This document shows positions 1-13,583 of a DNA stretch of 64,000 bases, piece by piece. Position numbers and translations under genes: made by a program. A model generated the notes under the pieces. That model worked only from the letters and a program-made list of their open reading frames with translations, searched no databases and was not told the origin of the DNA. This DNA comes from Octopus vulgaris (Eukaryota). Each line of letters begins with the position of its first letter. Positions within the stretch are counted from its first letter, which is position 1. The stretch is from NCBI GenBank assembly GCA_951406725.2, contig OX597819.1, positions 101,866,001-101,930,000 of the forward strand, written 5' to 3'.

Positions 1-651
1 TTAGTTTACCATTAAACAGCAGATGAAACGGTATACCGTACAAGAAATTACAGGGTAAATGTTTTTTTAATTTTCTCCTGTTTACGGAATTGATCTTTAT
101 TTGCGGTAGAAGCTTTGGCTGTTATTTCTAGTGGGTGAATGGCCTATTATGGCCGTTCCTTAATTGTTAATGTTGAACTTAAAAATGGTCTATGACTATT
201 TAATTTTTTCCCACTGGGCCGCTGGTGGCAAAAAAATTCTACAAAATTTTCCTTGCCACCCTATATTGATTAATTATGAATTTTTTGGTTAATTCCGTAA
301 TGGAATCGACGATTCATTTGCTGCCGATAAATTTGGCGCGAGTGCGACGATTTGAAAATTTTAGGTCAGATATTGCCTTGGCAGGATTGGGTATGCCTCG
401 TGTAAATATCTGTTCCGACTTGAGCTATTTCTTGCTGAAGAATCTGAGGGCTTATGGAAGATTGGCTTGATTTAATTTAATCAGGTTAGTTTACCATTAA
501 ACAGCAGATGAAACGGTATACCGTACAAGAAATTACAGGGTAAATGTTTTTTTAATTTTCTCCTGTTTACGGAATTGATCTTTATTTGCGGTAGAAGCTT
601 TGGCTGTTATTTCTAGTGGGTGAATGGCCTATTATGGCCGTTCCTTAATTG

Positions 652-655
<4 letters not shown>
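1..655 (+). mobile_element. Tandem direct repeat (period 485 bp) carrying a type I hammerhead ribozyme; non-LTR retrozyme or Penelope pseudo-LTR
   Basis: 1-170 is repeated identically at 486-655; the second copy ends directly in a (TA)n tract; it contains a complete HHR at 427-533 and the 3' half of another at 20-48. Confidence 0.8.
427..533 (+). ncRNA. Type I hammerhead ribozyme, intact core
   Basis: Stem I ATTTCTTG(427-434)/CAAGAAAT(526-533); CTGAAGA 435-441; stem II ATCTG(442-446)/CAGAT(505-509); GAAA 510-513; palindromic stem III CGGTATACCG 514-523; GTA cleavage triplet ending at 525. Confidence 0.88.
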
Positions 656-697
<42 letters not shown>

Positions 698-706
698 TAT
701 ACATAC

Positions 707-767
<61 letters not shown>
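654..767. repeat. (TA)n microsatellite
   Basis: Direct reading; representative of dozens of such tracts in the window. Confidence 0.95.
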
Positions 768-769
<2 letters not shown>

Positions 770-771
<2 letters not shown>

Positions 772-1010
772 CGTGTGTAAATGTTTGTGTGTCTGTGTTT
801 GTCCCCCCAGCATCGCTTGTCAACCGATGGTGGTGTGTTTACGCCCCCGTAACTTAGCGGTTCGGCAAAAAGAGACGGATAGAATAACTACTAGGCTTCC
901 AAAGAATAAGTCCTGGGGGGGGGGGGGGTCAATCTGCTCGACTAAAGGTGGTGCTCCAGCATGGCCACAGTCAAATGACTGAAACAAGTAAAAGAGTAAA
1001 AGAGTAAAGA
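770..1010 (+). mobile_element. SINE family A, 3' half
   Basis: Matches the 3' half of the copies at 7321 and 46911 (CCCCGTAACTTAGCGGTTCGGCAAAA...CTCCAGCATGGCCACAGTCAAATGACTGAAACAAGTAAAAGAG). Confidence 0.85.
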
Positions 1011-1576
1011 ACATAGCACGCTGTTGTTAAAGAGGGAGAGAGATAAAGATAAGTAGAAGTCAAGAGGTGTTGAGTTAGAGATGAATTCAGAAAGTGAGGA
1101 TGACGTTGCGAGAAGTATAACACGATAGATTTAAATACTTGTAACTTAATAGTTGAAAGTTAAAGGTAGATAGGAGTACAAGAAAGTATTCTTAGGGGCA
1201 ATCATTTTTTACGATAGGTGCGAGACCTGAAATATTTTAGGGGTGGGGGATAGTCGACTCCATCAACCCCAGTGCTCAGTAGGTGCATATTTATCGCGTG
1301 GAGAGAGAGAAAGAGAGAAAGAAGAGTGATAAGTGTATTTAAATAATTGTTTTCACATTTAGTCACAAGGCAGTAATTATAAGAGTAGGAGTACAAGACG
1401 ATTACACTGTTACTTGTACTTGACCAGTACTGTATTTATCGATCCTGGCGCAAAGTCTGCGTGGTTTGGAATCAGTGCATGAAGAACCTGAGCAAATAAA
1501 TACCACAAGGTATTCTTTTTCAACATTCTGAAAATGATACCAAATAACCGTTTTTGAAATAATTATATATGCCCAC

Positions 1577-1866
1577 GGGCATATAGCCTAATGGTTAAAA
1601 GCGCGGGTTACTAACTGCAAGATTCCGAGTTCGATTCCAGGCAGTGACCTTAATAATAATAATAGTAATAAAAATAATAATAACAGCAACATCGATAAAT
1701 ACCTAAGGAATGAAAACCCAGGTTCGAAATTTCCCCCAAGATACCTGATGTAGGCTGGAAGGTATATCAGCCGGAACGTTGTGTTAACAACAAACAAGAT
1801 GAGGACAAATATCCTTCATATGTAAATAATGTACATAGTACCTCATCTCTTAAATATAGAACTGTA
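1577..1866 (+). mobile_element. tRNA-derived SINE with an internal (AAT)n tract and a degenerate hammerhead motif
   Basis: A-box TAGCCTAATGG (~1584), B-box GAGTTCGATTCC (~1627); HHR-like motif at 1740-1785. Confidence 0.7.
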
Positions 1867-2235
1867 TTAATTATATAATAGTTTGAAATTTTGCCATAAA
1901 GCCAAGGAACAGAAAAGTTGATCTCAGTAGAATTTGAATTCATAATGTAGTGTCCGAAGAAATGGTGTTAAGCAGTTTTTTTAAGTTTTTTTTTTTATGC
2001 TTTAAGGATTCTGATAGTTTACCACCGTGAAGTAATTAAATAGTAATAAAATAGAATGTATTGATTTGTGAGTTTACGAGGGAAGGAGTATAGAGGATAA
2101 AAATGAATGAGTGAAGGAGGGAGAGAGAGAGAGAGAGAGACAGCGACAGAGAGAGAGATAGAGACAGAAAGCTTTAAAACTATGTGTGTAAATGTATGTA
2201 AGCATATATGTATGCACATAGATATATACATATGC

Positions 2236-2272
<37 letters not shown>

Positions 2273-2342
2273 TATATATATACATATATATATACACACA
2301 CACATGCACAAACATACATAGATACACTCGTACTACACAAGC

Positions 2343-2394
<52 letters not shown>

Positions 2395-2396
2395 TG

Positions 2397-2467
<71 letters not shown>

Positions 2468-2626
2468 GAAAAGGGAACGAATAAACCATCGAAGCAATGA
2501 GAAATGAAGTTACAGATATGCACTTACAGGAACACGCGAATAAAACACACATACATACGTATATAAATATCTCTATCTATATCTATACACACACACACAC
2601 ACACACGCACACACACACATATGTGC

Positions 2627-2671
<45 letters not shown>

Positions 2672-3752
2672 TGAGTGCTGGAAATATAAATGATGTATAG
2701 ATATAGGGGTTAGAAAATAGAGATGTAAAGACGGCTGTACCGAGAAAAAAAAGAAAGAGTGACGAAATGGGTTAAATAAGTAAGAAGAGAAAGGAATTAG
2801 ACAGGAGATACATAAGGGAGAAGCTATATTTGAATTAACAATCCATAGATCATGAACAACCATCTAATTGGCCTTTAAATTTATGATTCGTTCAAAACGA
2901 TCAGATCACATTTTTCATGGCGGATTATTACGGTAGTTATTTAATGTCTACGCTGTCTACTATTCCATCAGTTTCACTTCTGTAGACACAAATCGAGCGA
3001 ACCGTCGCGGATAAATATGTCACTTACAATGATAAATAGTGCACATGGACTATTTTCACTGGTTATTCTGCTTGTCATAAAAATACACACTGCTATGGAA
3101 GCCCGAATATCATCTTACACATATTCTGCTTCACTTTCTCTCTCTTTCGCACTCACACATGAAACAAACATACAAACACATCATGTTATGAATATTCTCG
3201 AAGCATTGACATTCAGACCATATATCACGTATTACGCCACAACGGCTAAAATGAGCTCTCTGAGAAGTAATGACTAGCACAAACGTACACATACGTATAT
3301 GCACACACACAAACAGAGATAGGCACACTTATACACACATACATACACAAACAAATGTATGTATATATATATATATATATATGTGTCTATGTATGTAATA
3401 TGTTTGTACATATGTCTGTGCGTGTGTGCGTGAGCGTGCTATGTGAAACAGTGTTTCTGGAAGAAAGGCTCTTGTTTCACAACCATATTTGCAATAACGA
3501 AGGAACGAATTTAAGGCGCTTTCTGACTCGGTACAAACAACTTGGATGTGGAGTGAACGGTACCTTGGAATGGCAATTCAGAATTGGTACATCACATGGA
3601 AGGAAGTGATTAATATACGAAGGTTTAAGAGAAGATTGTTATACGAAGGTTAAAGAGAATATACGATGATTTAAGAGAATATTATTATTCAAGTATCGAT
3701 CTATTTCTGTCACTTATGCCATCTCACAAGTGAAGGCTATATTCATTAACAT

Positions 3753-3945
3753 AGACGAAGGCGTGGCAATGTAGTAAAACGCTTGCTCTCCAACGGCATA
3801 GTTCCGAGTTCAGTCCAACTGCGTGGACTCTTGGTCTTCTACTACAGCCTCAGGCCGACCAAAGACTTGGAAGTGGATTTGGTAGACGGAAACTGAAAGA
3901 CGCCTGTCGTATAGTATCTATCTATCTACCTACTTATATATATAT

Positions 3946-4031
<86 letters not shown>

Positions 4032-4256
4032 GTTTGTGTTTGTGTCAGTGTTTGTTCCTTAACCACAGCTTGACAACCGGTGTTGGTGTTTTTGGGTCCT
4101 CGTAAGTTAACGGATCTGCAAATGACACCGATAGAAATAAGTACTTGGTTTAAAAAGAAAATAAGCGACAGGGTCTATTCGGTCGACTTAATATTCTTGA
4201 AGGTGGTGTACCAGCATGGCAGCAGTCTAATGGCTGAAACAAACAAAAGGTAAAAG
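3753..4256 (+). mobile_element. SINE family A, full length, diverged, with an internal (TG)n tract
   Basis: tRNA-like head, GGATTTGGTAGACGGAAACTGAAAGA motif, 3' CCAGCATGGC...TGAAAC tail. Confidence 0.85.
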
Positions 4257-4799
4257 TTAACCAAATTCTCTAACTCGTTACCTTCAATATCTCTCATTCC
4301 AAATGATGACCAGTGCAGCTGTCAACAGACCAACTCTTTTAGCATCCCACCTTTCTACGTTGCTCTTCACTGATATCTTACTAAGGAGAACATTTCAAAA
4401 GCAATACCGTTCCACATGATAAGAGTAAATCAGTTAAACTTGATTGGTATGAAATTATTCTGGAGAAACTTTACGGTTATGGGTTTCATTCGACTCACGT
4501 TCCTTGCTCACTGTCCAGTACTTTTTCAAATCAGGTGAAATAATGCATCACACACCTCCTCTCTTGTGCTAGAAATAGCAACGAGATTCCCTCCTTGATT
4601 ATGCCTAACTTTATTAAAGGACACATTGGTTGATATAATCTAAGTGATACATCTAAAATGACGTGGCAGTCGTCTGTCCAATGGCTTTGGCCATAAATGT
4701 GATTGATCAGCGCTGACCTAGGGTAAACAACAGCGCTGACCTAGGATAAAATAACATCAAACGTAGATAAAAAGAAAAAAAAATCCAACAGCAGCCGCA

Positions 4800-4912
4800 G
4801 TGGAGGCGCAATGGCCCAGTGGTTAGGGCATCGAACTCGCGGTCCTAACAACGCGGTTTCGATTCCCAGACTTGGCATTGTGAGTGTTTATTGAGCAAAA
4901 CACCTCAGTTCC
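4800..4912 (+). mobile_element. SINE family C, tRNA head fragment
   Basis: GTGGAGGCGCAATGGCCCAGTGGTTAGGGC...TTCGATTCCCAGAC matches the head of 36365-36753. Confidence 0.8.
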
Positions 4913-4939
4913 ACACACACATATACAAATACATACATA

Positions 4940-5085
4940 CACGACGGGTAGCTTTCAGTTTCCGTTTACCAGATCTACTCACAAATCTTTGGTCGGCTAG
5001 AGGCTATAACAATTAACCTAGGTGTAACACAGCGGGACTGAACCCGGAAGGAAGTGATCGGGAAGCAAAGTTCATGCCTGTGCCT
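4940..5085 (-). mobile_element. SINE family A, 5' half
   Basis: TTTCAGTTTCCGTTTACCAGATCTACTCACAA is the reverse complement of the family A motif. Confidence 0.75.
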
Positions 5086-5177
5086 CTCAGAAAATTTACA
5101 GCTTTTTACTACCTACTCTCAGAAATGTCTACGTACGAAACAAAATGCATTTTGTCGAACTCACTGTGTTTCATAAA

Positions 5178-5225
<48 letters not shown>

Positions 5226-5230
5226 ACACA

Positions 5231-6376
5231 TGCGAGATGGTATAAAAAAGTTCCCGGACTAATTCTATAGTGCCCCAACAAATAGCAGCACACGGTTGCG
5301 TACGCAGCGCGAACTTGCAATTACATTCATGAAGCAGTATGCCGAGTGACATTGCTGTGTTTACTTCACAAGTTGTGAAATTTGTGCTTTTGTGATCGCG
5401 TGTATGCTGTTATCTACGACTTTATCATGGACAGGAACAAAGAGCTAGCGTGAAATTTTGAGTTAACTTGGGAAGTCTGCTTCAGAGACATTGAGCTTGT
5501 TTCGGCAAGCTTAGGTGACGAGATTATATTTGAATCGTACGTAATGTTTGAATAGGCATGGGCTCTTCAAAAGCGGAAAAACGTTTCTAATAGACGAAGA
5601 GCGACCAGGAAGACCTGCTACTAGCGTCACCCCACGAAATATGGTATTGATGTTATGTCGCACGTCCAGATGACCTCTACTCAACTCGATCTCATCCTCG
5701 TCACCACTGTTATATCGCAATACTACACAGTGGCTGTATGAGCTACGAAATCCTCGTCGCCACTGTTATGTCGCACGTTCGGATGCCTTCAATTCAACTC
5801 TAGTCTGCTCGACTCTCTATCCAACTGTTCCGACTGCTATTCTGTTCTACTCTACTACGACTGCTACTCCACGACGTCTAGACTTCTCCCTCTATATCTA
5901 TGTATTGGGCTAGACTACTTCATCGTCTGGGGGCGTCGACGCAACCATTGGGTATCGAGAATTTGTCTCTCAGAGCCAGACCGATAATCGAGAGTTCTAC
6001 TACGACGTTGAGAACATTCGGCGGAAGCGACCGAATCTCTGGAGTTTGAAGAACTGGATTCTTCACCGAGCTCTCCACGCTCGTGAGTTTCTCACCAAAA
6101 AACAAACATAGTATGGTTTCCGCACCGTACCTATTCGCCACATTAAGCTCCCAGGATAAAAATGCAGCTCAAAGATCACCACTTTAACAGTGTTGTCTAG
6201 AGACAGAGTGAATCGCAAAAGGTTCTCGACTCGCTTACGGAAAACGACTTCAAGGCCGTAACGGTGTCATACTGCGTTATGTGTCTAATTCGAAGGAGAT
6301 GATGTTAAAACTTAGGCAAATAACATATTTTTTATTAAACATTACTAATCCGGAAACCTTTTGATACTACCTCGTA
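5231..6376 (+). mobile_element. Decayed, internally deleted mariner (Tc1/mariner) DNA transposon with a foreign insertion at about 5645-5920
   Basis: Imperfect TIRs TGCGAGATGGTATAAAAAAGTTCCCGGACTA / TAATCCGGAAACCTTTTGATACTACCTCGTA; broken frames resemble mariner transposase (LGKSASETL, DEERPGRPATS, ENIRRKRP, YSPHLA, FEGD). Confidence 0.85.
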
Positions 6377-6655
6377 TATTACATAAAACTCACATCTATG
6401 TAAGAATTAATGCATGTCTGTGTTGGTATGAATTTGCGTTTAATAGTACCAACCGATTACATGAGCTAGCACATTATATTGGCTGCTTTTTGTCTTCCGA
6501 TTTAAAGAGTCATACCATTTTTAATAAAAGGAGTTGGTTTATTGTCAGGATATTTAGTTAGTAGCGAAAGAATGACAATTAGGCAAACAAAGCCAGATTA
6601 ATCATATACACATACATATCTGTGTGTGTGCGTATGTCTGTACGTGTGTGTATGC

Positions 6656-6707
<52 letters not shown>

Positions 6708-7177
6708 ATAAATACTTACATATATATGTATGATGTATGTATTTATGTATGTATGTGTCTATCTATCTATATACACAAACATACATAGTTGTATACATAC
6801 ATATAGGGACGAAACATGTAGAAAACAATATGCACAAGATAGGAAGTGTGTGGTGTGCGAATGGGTGTATATATATGTAATTATAACCGGGATGGTGGTC
6901 GAGATATTAATTTACAATCTGCCGATTAATTGTAGGTGAAGGGCATTATGGGTTTTTATCGAAAATGATGATAATTTCGGTAATTATGTGTCTAATAAAG
7001 GCCATATTTCTGGTAATAAATATAATATTACTCAAAATTATACTAGTCTTTGTTTTCGTTGGCATTGAGACATAGTTGTGTTTGTTATATTAGGAAATCC
7101 GATACATGCTCACTAATACATAGATACATAGAAATAGACTTACAAGCATGCATATCCACTGGCATATATATATATAT

Positions 7178-7242
<65 letters not shown>

Positions 7243-7277
7243 AAGATAGATAGATGAGAAGATACAAAACACACATA

Positions 7278-7319
<42 letters not shown>

Positions 7320-7320
7320 T

Positions 7321-7696
7321 AGGCGCAGGAGTGGCAGCGTGGTAAGTAGCTTGCTAACAAACCACATGGTTCCGGGTTCAGTCCCACTGCGTGGCATCTA
7401 GGGCAAGTGTCTTCTGCTATAGCCCCGGGCGGACCAATGCTTTGTGAGTGGATTTGGTAGACGGAAACTGAAAGAAGCCTGTCGTATATATGTGTGTGTT
7501 TGTGTGTCTGTGTTTGACAACCGATGATGGTGTGTTTACGTCCCCGTCACCTAGCGGTTCGGCAAAACAGACCGATAGAATGAGTACTGGGCTTACAAAG
7601 AATAAGTCCCGGGGTCGATTTGCTCGACTAAAGGCGGTGCTCCAGCATGGCCGCACTCAAATGACTGAAACAAGTAAAAGAGTAAAAGAGTAAAGA
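7321..7696 (+). mobile_element. SINE family A, full length
   Basis: GGCGCAGGAGTGGC...GGTTCAGTCCCAC tRNA-like A/B boxes, GGGCAAGTGTC, internal microsatellite, (AAAGAGT)n tail. Confidence 0.92.
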
Positions 7697-7787
7697 GCAT
7701 ATCAGAATGTATGTACACGTGTATCTGTGCAAACATATAGACGTATATACATGTATCTGTATGGAACATATATATGCATATATACAT

Positions 7788-7866
<79 letters not shown>

Positions 7867-8462
7867 CATGTATTACATGAATATAGTTTGTGTGTACGAG
7901 CTCGCGTGCGTGCGACTGTGTGTTTGTGCGTGTGCATATTATGTTTCCTCAACATAACAATATATGAACAGACATACAGATGTGTATAGTATGCACATAA
8001 TTGCCTGTATAATACTTTAATCGCAATTATATATATACATATAATACTTTGTTTCCAATTAGGTGTGTATATTTGTGTCTTTGTGTGCGTAAGTGCGTGT
8101 GTGTATACATACATATATATATGCATAAACATATATATGTATATTGATAGATAAATAGATATTAACTTAAATAGGTATGAATTGATATGTATATGTATGT
8201 ATATTTTACACACATTTGTATACACACACATTTAGATATATATTCGTACACGTATATATACACATACATATATGTATGTGTATATATATATATATATATA
8301 TAAGCGTATATATATATACTTGGTGCCTCTAATATGCAGTCACGTAAGTCTTTATGCATATTAGGTTTCATTAATTTTTGTATATCTCAACTACCTCTCA
8401 CACTCCCGCATCGTATTTATGTACACACGTATACACACATAGATACATATATACATACACAC

Positions 8463-8502
<40 letters not shown>

Positions 8503-8521
8503 GCATACATATATATATATA

Positions 8522-8585
<64 letters not shown>

Positions 8586-8958
8586 CAGATATGACATATG
8601 CATGTATGAGTGTATATATATGTATATATGTGTACGTTGTTATTCATGTAATTATGGAAAGGGTAGTAGCGTAAGAGAGAGAGAGAGAGAGAGAGAAAGC
8701 GGGAGGGAGGTAAAGAGGAGAAGAAGTAGAAAGAGAAAGAGTACTGACAGAAGTAAAGATTATTAAAGTATATAAATATCCTCATAAATTCAGGTTATTA
8801 AGTCTTAATTAGTGAGAAATTATCCAAACAAATAAGAACGAAACAAACAGCAAAGCCTCGTAACATATTTATTGATAGACACAACCATACATGCTTATAC
8901 ACATGTACATGCATACCCATACGTATTCATGTATGTATATATGTATATATATAAGTAT

Positions 8959-9013
<55 letters not shown>

Positions 9014-10599
9014 TGTGAAAGTGTCTAAATCCCATACTAAAAATTCTGTGTCAGTCTTTTTTTTTCTTGTTCATAGATTTGAGTTCGCCTGATATATTTT
9101 TATCTTAACAAAGAGATTAGCATGTCTGATATGTATTTTTTTTTCTTTCATTAACAACGAATCCATGTGTTCCATTCTAAACGTTTGATAATCAAATGCT
9201 GTGTTATTATTGCTGCGAAGTAATATTGTGCAATTTCCATCCTTTTATCAGCAAGTCGTGCGTTCAGTTTGCATAAACAGATCTTGTTGCAGTACTAAAT
9301 AGGTATTTATTAAAGTTTCTTTGGAAGAGTTACTTCAGAGTAGTTCAATTGTACTCTATTATAATTGTACTCTATTTTAAGGTCGAAATAATCTAAGTGA
9401 ATGTGAATTATTTCTCAAGCATATTGTGATATTATATATCAGATTAGAACGGTTAAAACGTACTGAGAGCAACATTGATAATTCTAAATAAAAATATATT
9501 CATACCGTTGCATTTTCACTTTTTTTTTTCCTTTTTATTTATTAGAATGCTTTCTGAAAGGGAGGAGTTAGTTTCACTAAAACAAAAGCAAAAAAATTCC
9601 GTCGCCGGAACTTTGGTAACAACGTTAGTTTTCCGTGCTGAACTTTACAAATATCTTGCATATTTTACTGTTCCACTTACATATTTCATCTGGAAAGTGC
9701 GTGTTTACCGCTATCTTTCCCCGCTCGAAAACCGTACCATTTCCAGATTGTCACTTTGACATTCACTAAATTAGACAAGTTAATATTTTGAACATCTCTT
9801 CCCCGACTCAGTGAAATGTGGAGTATTTTTGGACGTCTGCCTGAAAACCTACAGCTTTTCTAATCTGATTATGAATTCGCATTTATCCCAATGATCATTG
9901 CTGGAATAACCCTTTTGTTGATTTTGGAAGAGATATTTATATCTTCAGAGTAGTTGACTTCTATAAATATACACGAGTTTTCTTACTGTTCCAAATATCT
10001 ATATAGATTTTCGTAAAAGATATGAGTGGGCTCATAGCAAAAATAAATAGATATCCAAATAGCTTCTATTATATCATCGTAGACAGTCCTCTAGTTTGAG
10101 TTATAGTTTTGAGGGCTGTAGGCTAGGTCTTCGTAACCATTTCGTGTGCAGTAAGTATGGAAGCAGGCACTTTTGCCACCAGCTAGAGTGACTTCAGAAG
10201 CCATGAGTAAGGGATATAATCAAATGCCTTTCTGTAATCATGCCATACTGTTACGAGGTCCTGCAGTGTTTTGTATTTCACACAGCGCAGCTTTACTTAT
10301 GTCCAATGCATGTCCACATCACTTGCTTTTCATTTGTCTGCTCTTCGCTGACAGAAATATAGATTACAGCCGTTGGTTTCCCGCTAAAATGAGGCAGTTT
10401 CACAACACACATTATTCTTAGATGTGAGGGTTATTTTATGTGGTCTGATGATGTCCTTGCGTTTAGTGCAAGATTATGGATAGCCATTCTCCAACAGGAC
10501 CTTTCAGAATTGTATAACGTTAGTGATTTTTCTCTTCCTGCCTTGTTATATTTACTGCGTATCCTTTAATTCACACATCCAAGGTTAACGTATATCCTG

Positions 10600-11330
10600 A
10601 AAAATAAAAAGAAAAAAGAAACACATATTGACAAAAACTTGACTGCTGCAATCCGCTGTGGGATCCGTAAAAAAGCTTGAATATACAACTGGCACACTCC
10701 AGGCCTTCTCCAAGGAGGTTGATAATTAAAACAGGCCAACAAAAATACAACACCCCATGTGCATTACCTAGCTGCCCGATCAAAGCTGAAAATATATATT
10801 TTTGGTCCTAAGTCGTATATGAAATCACGTTTAGTAAATCCTATAAATTTTACATCGGAAATAATATCAGACAAGTTCATATAAACACTTCTATACTAAT
10901 GCTTCTCCCATCAAAAACCACATTTGGAAATGCCACACTCAAGATATAAGTTTCTAATGAAGCTATAGAGAAAAACATTGGGAACAAGAGAATAAAAGAT
11001 TCTTTGTAAATTAACGAGTACAGCCCAGGAGTTAATAACAGACCTGAACTACACGAAGCAGGTTGGGTGCCAGAGGTATCTATGATTGCCACAAGATCCT
11101 CTGAATCCATATCTTATTTTACAAAGTTATGAATGTATATGTATATATGACTAATTCATATAATTTCAAAAAAATAGCATATCAAATATCTCATGTCCTG
11201 TCTTTGAGCAGCCAATTCCAAAAGTCCGGCAACAAAGATGCCATGTATACTGCAACTCAAAACCCAACTATTGGGAACCACGATAATCGCAGTATCAACA
11301 CAAGAGTCATAGAACATCAATCTTGAAAGC
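10600..11330 (+). pseudogene. Possible heavily decayed CR1-like LINE 3' relic
   Basis: Only QKLDCCNPLWDP (~10632), resembling the CR1 LEYCxPxWSP motif; weak. Confidence 0.3.
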
Positions 11331-11454
11331 ATTACTCCAGCATAGGTTTCACCGAGATAAATCTAACCAATGGAAAAATGAAATCAGTATGGTATTGAAA
11401 TAAACAGGTTTAAGCATATCTATCTATCCATCCATCTATCTAGCCAGCTATCTA

Positions 11455-11504
<50 letters not shown>

Positions 11505-11550
11505 TCTCTATATATGTGTATATATATATGTATATGTATATATATAGATG

Positions 11551-11635
<85 letters not shown>

Positions 11636-11821
11636 TCAGCTACAGACAAACGTGAGAGACTCCTTACATACAGAAATTCGCAGACGCATGCATACGTACA
11701 TATGCATCACAGTGTGTTTTGCCTGTACGTTTGTGCGTGTGCGTGTATGCGCGTGTTGTTCGTGTTTTTGTCTTGAATAAATTGTCTAAACGCAAAGTAA
11801 TACAGGATACGTAATAACTTC

Positions 11822-11883
<62 letters not shown>

Positions 11884-11927
11884 GTACATATACACATTCA
11901 AACATATATATATATATAAATAAATAA

Positions 11928-11962
<35 letters not shown>

Positions 11963-12769
11963 TATGTATGCATATATGTATGAATGTACATATACACACA
12001 CACAGAGATTTATATATGCATACACACACACACACACACACATATACGTTTATAAACAATCATGCATGTCTGTGGAGGTATGCGAACAAATTTTCCAATA
12101 TCTCGCATTTCGCTCATATGTAATACACACATACACACACATATATTTATATATATATATATATCTAAAGAACAAAGAAAAACGAAGCCCAAGTCGGAAC
12201 TTCGAAGAATTCCAAGAGATCTGAAACATGACTGATACTCACGAATGGTAAGATTTACTTGGAATCTAGGAAGAGAGAACACATGGGAGGACAAGATTCC
12301 GTTATAGTTCCAAACGCACTGTGGAACCAAAGCTCTTACAGTACATACAGTAATGAACGCAACTTATGTCTTTATTTCATTGAAGAAAAACGAATATCAC
12401 AAATGTTATTTTTATATTATATTTATCTTCAAAAATTTACCATAATTACTAATACTCTTTCTGTTTTTTTTTATCCCTAGCATCGCTGTCATGGCTGCGA
12501 TCGTTGTTGCTGCTATTCATATTATTGTTATTATTGACATATCTTTTATTAATATTAGTAATCGTATTGTTGTTATTTTGTATTCAATAGTTTGATACGA
12601 AGTTCTTGCACGTTGCCATGAGCAGTATCATGTATCGATATCCTCATTCTCGTCTATCTCGTCCTCCTGTTTCCCCCTCATCCGCCTCGTCCTCCCCTTC
12701 TCTTCAATCTCCTCCTCCTTCTCGTCCTCTACCACCTCCTCTTCCTTCCTCCTTTCCTTTTCATCATTT

Positions 12770-12793
12770 CCCCTTCTTCTTCTTCTTCTTCTG

Positions 12794-12845
<52 letters not shown>

Positions 12846-12965
12846 TTGTTGTTGTTGTTGCTGCTGCTACTGCTGTTGTTGTTGTTGTTGTTGTTGTTAT
12901 AATTATTATTATTGTTGTTATTATTATTATTGCTTTTATGGACAACAACAATAATAATGATTATA
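12770..12965. repeat. Compound trinucleotide microsatellite (TTC/ATT/GTT/GCT)
   Basis: Direct reading. Confidence 0.9.
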
Positions 12966-13045
12966 TTTTTATTGTTACTGTTGTGTTTTATGTTCTTTTT
13001 TATGTTATTGACGCTGCCGCAGTACTTTATGTATACATACATACA

Positions 13046-13157
<112 letters not shown>

Positions 13158-13431
13158 CACGCATATGTATGTAAGTATTTCCTTGTGAGTTCGCTTGCTT
13201 TGTTATGTAGATCCACACAGCATAAAATATGGTAACATGAAAGAAGGTAAACAAACAATACATATATAATTGTGTGTGTATGCATCTGTTTTCTAAGTCT
13301 ATCATGTACTTTCGTCACACACCTCTGACAATATTAGTGCATTTGACTCAACACGAGTGTGCCTGCACGCTTACACATACACACATACATCCACAATATA
13401 TATGACTATGCTAACGTATATATATATATAC

Positions 13432-13486
<55 letters not shown>

Positions 13487-13522
13487 TATATATATATGGA
13501 ATCATACACACACATATACATA

Positions 13523-13583
<61 letters not shown>

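Noticed and set aside
1577-1650. Functional tRNA genes (also at 36680-36753 and 39516-39590)
   Set aside because: Acceptor stems do not pair, and the sequences continue into SINE bodies
3612-3683. Short spaced repeats (ATACGAAGGTTTAAGAGAA x3; also 16013-16097) as CRISPR-like arrays
   Set aside because: Eukaryotic context, no unique spacers or cas genes; ordinary minisatellites
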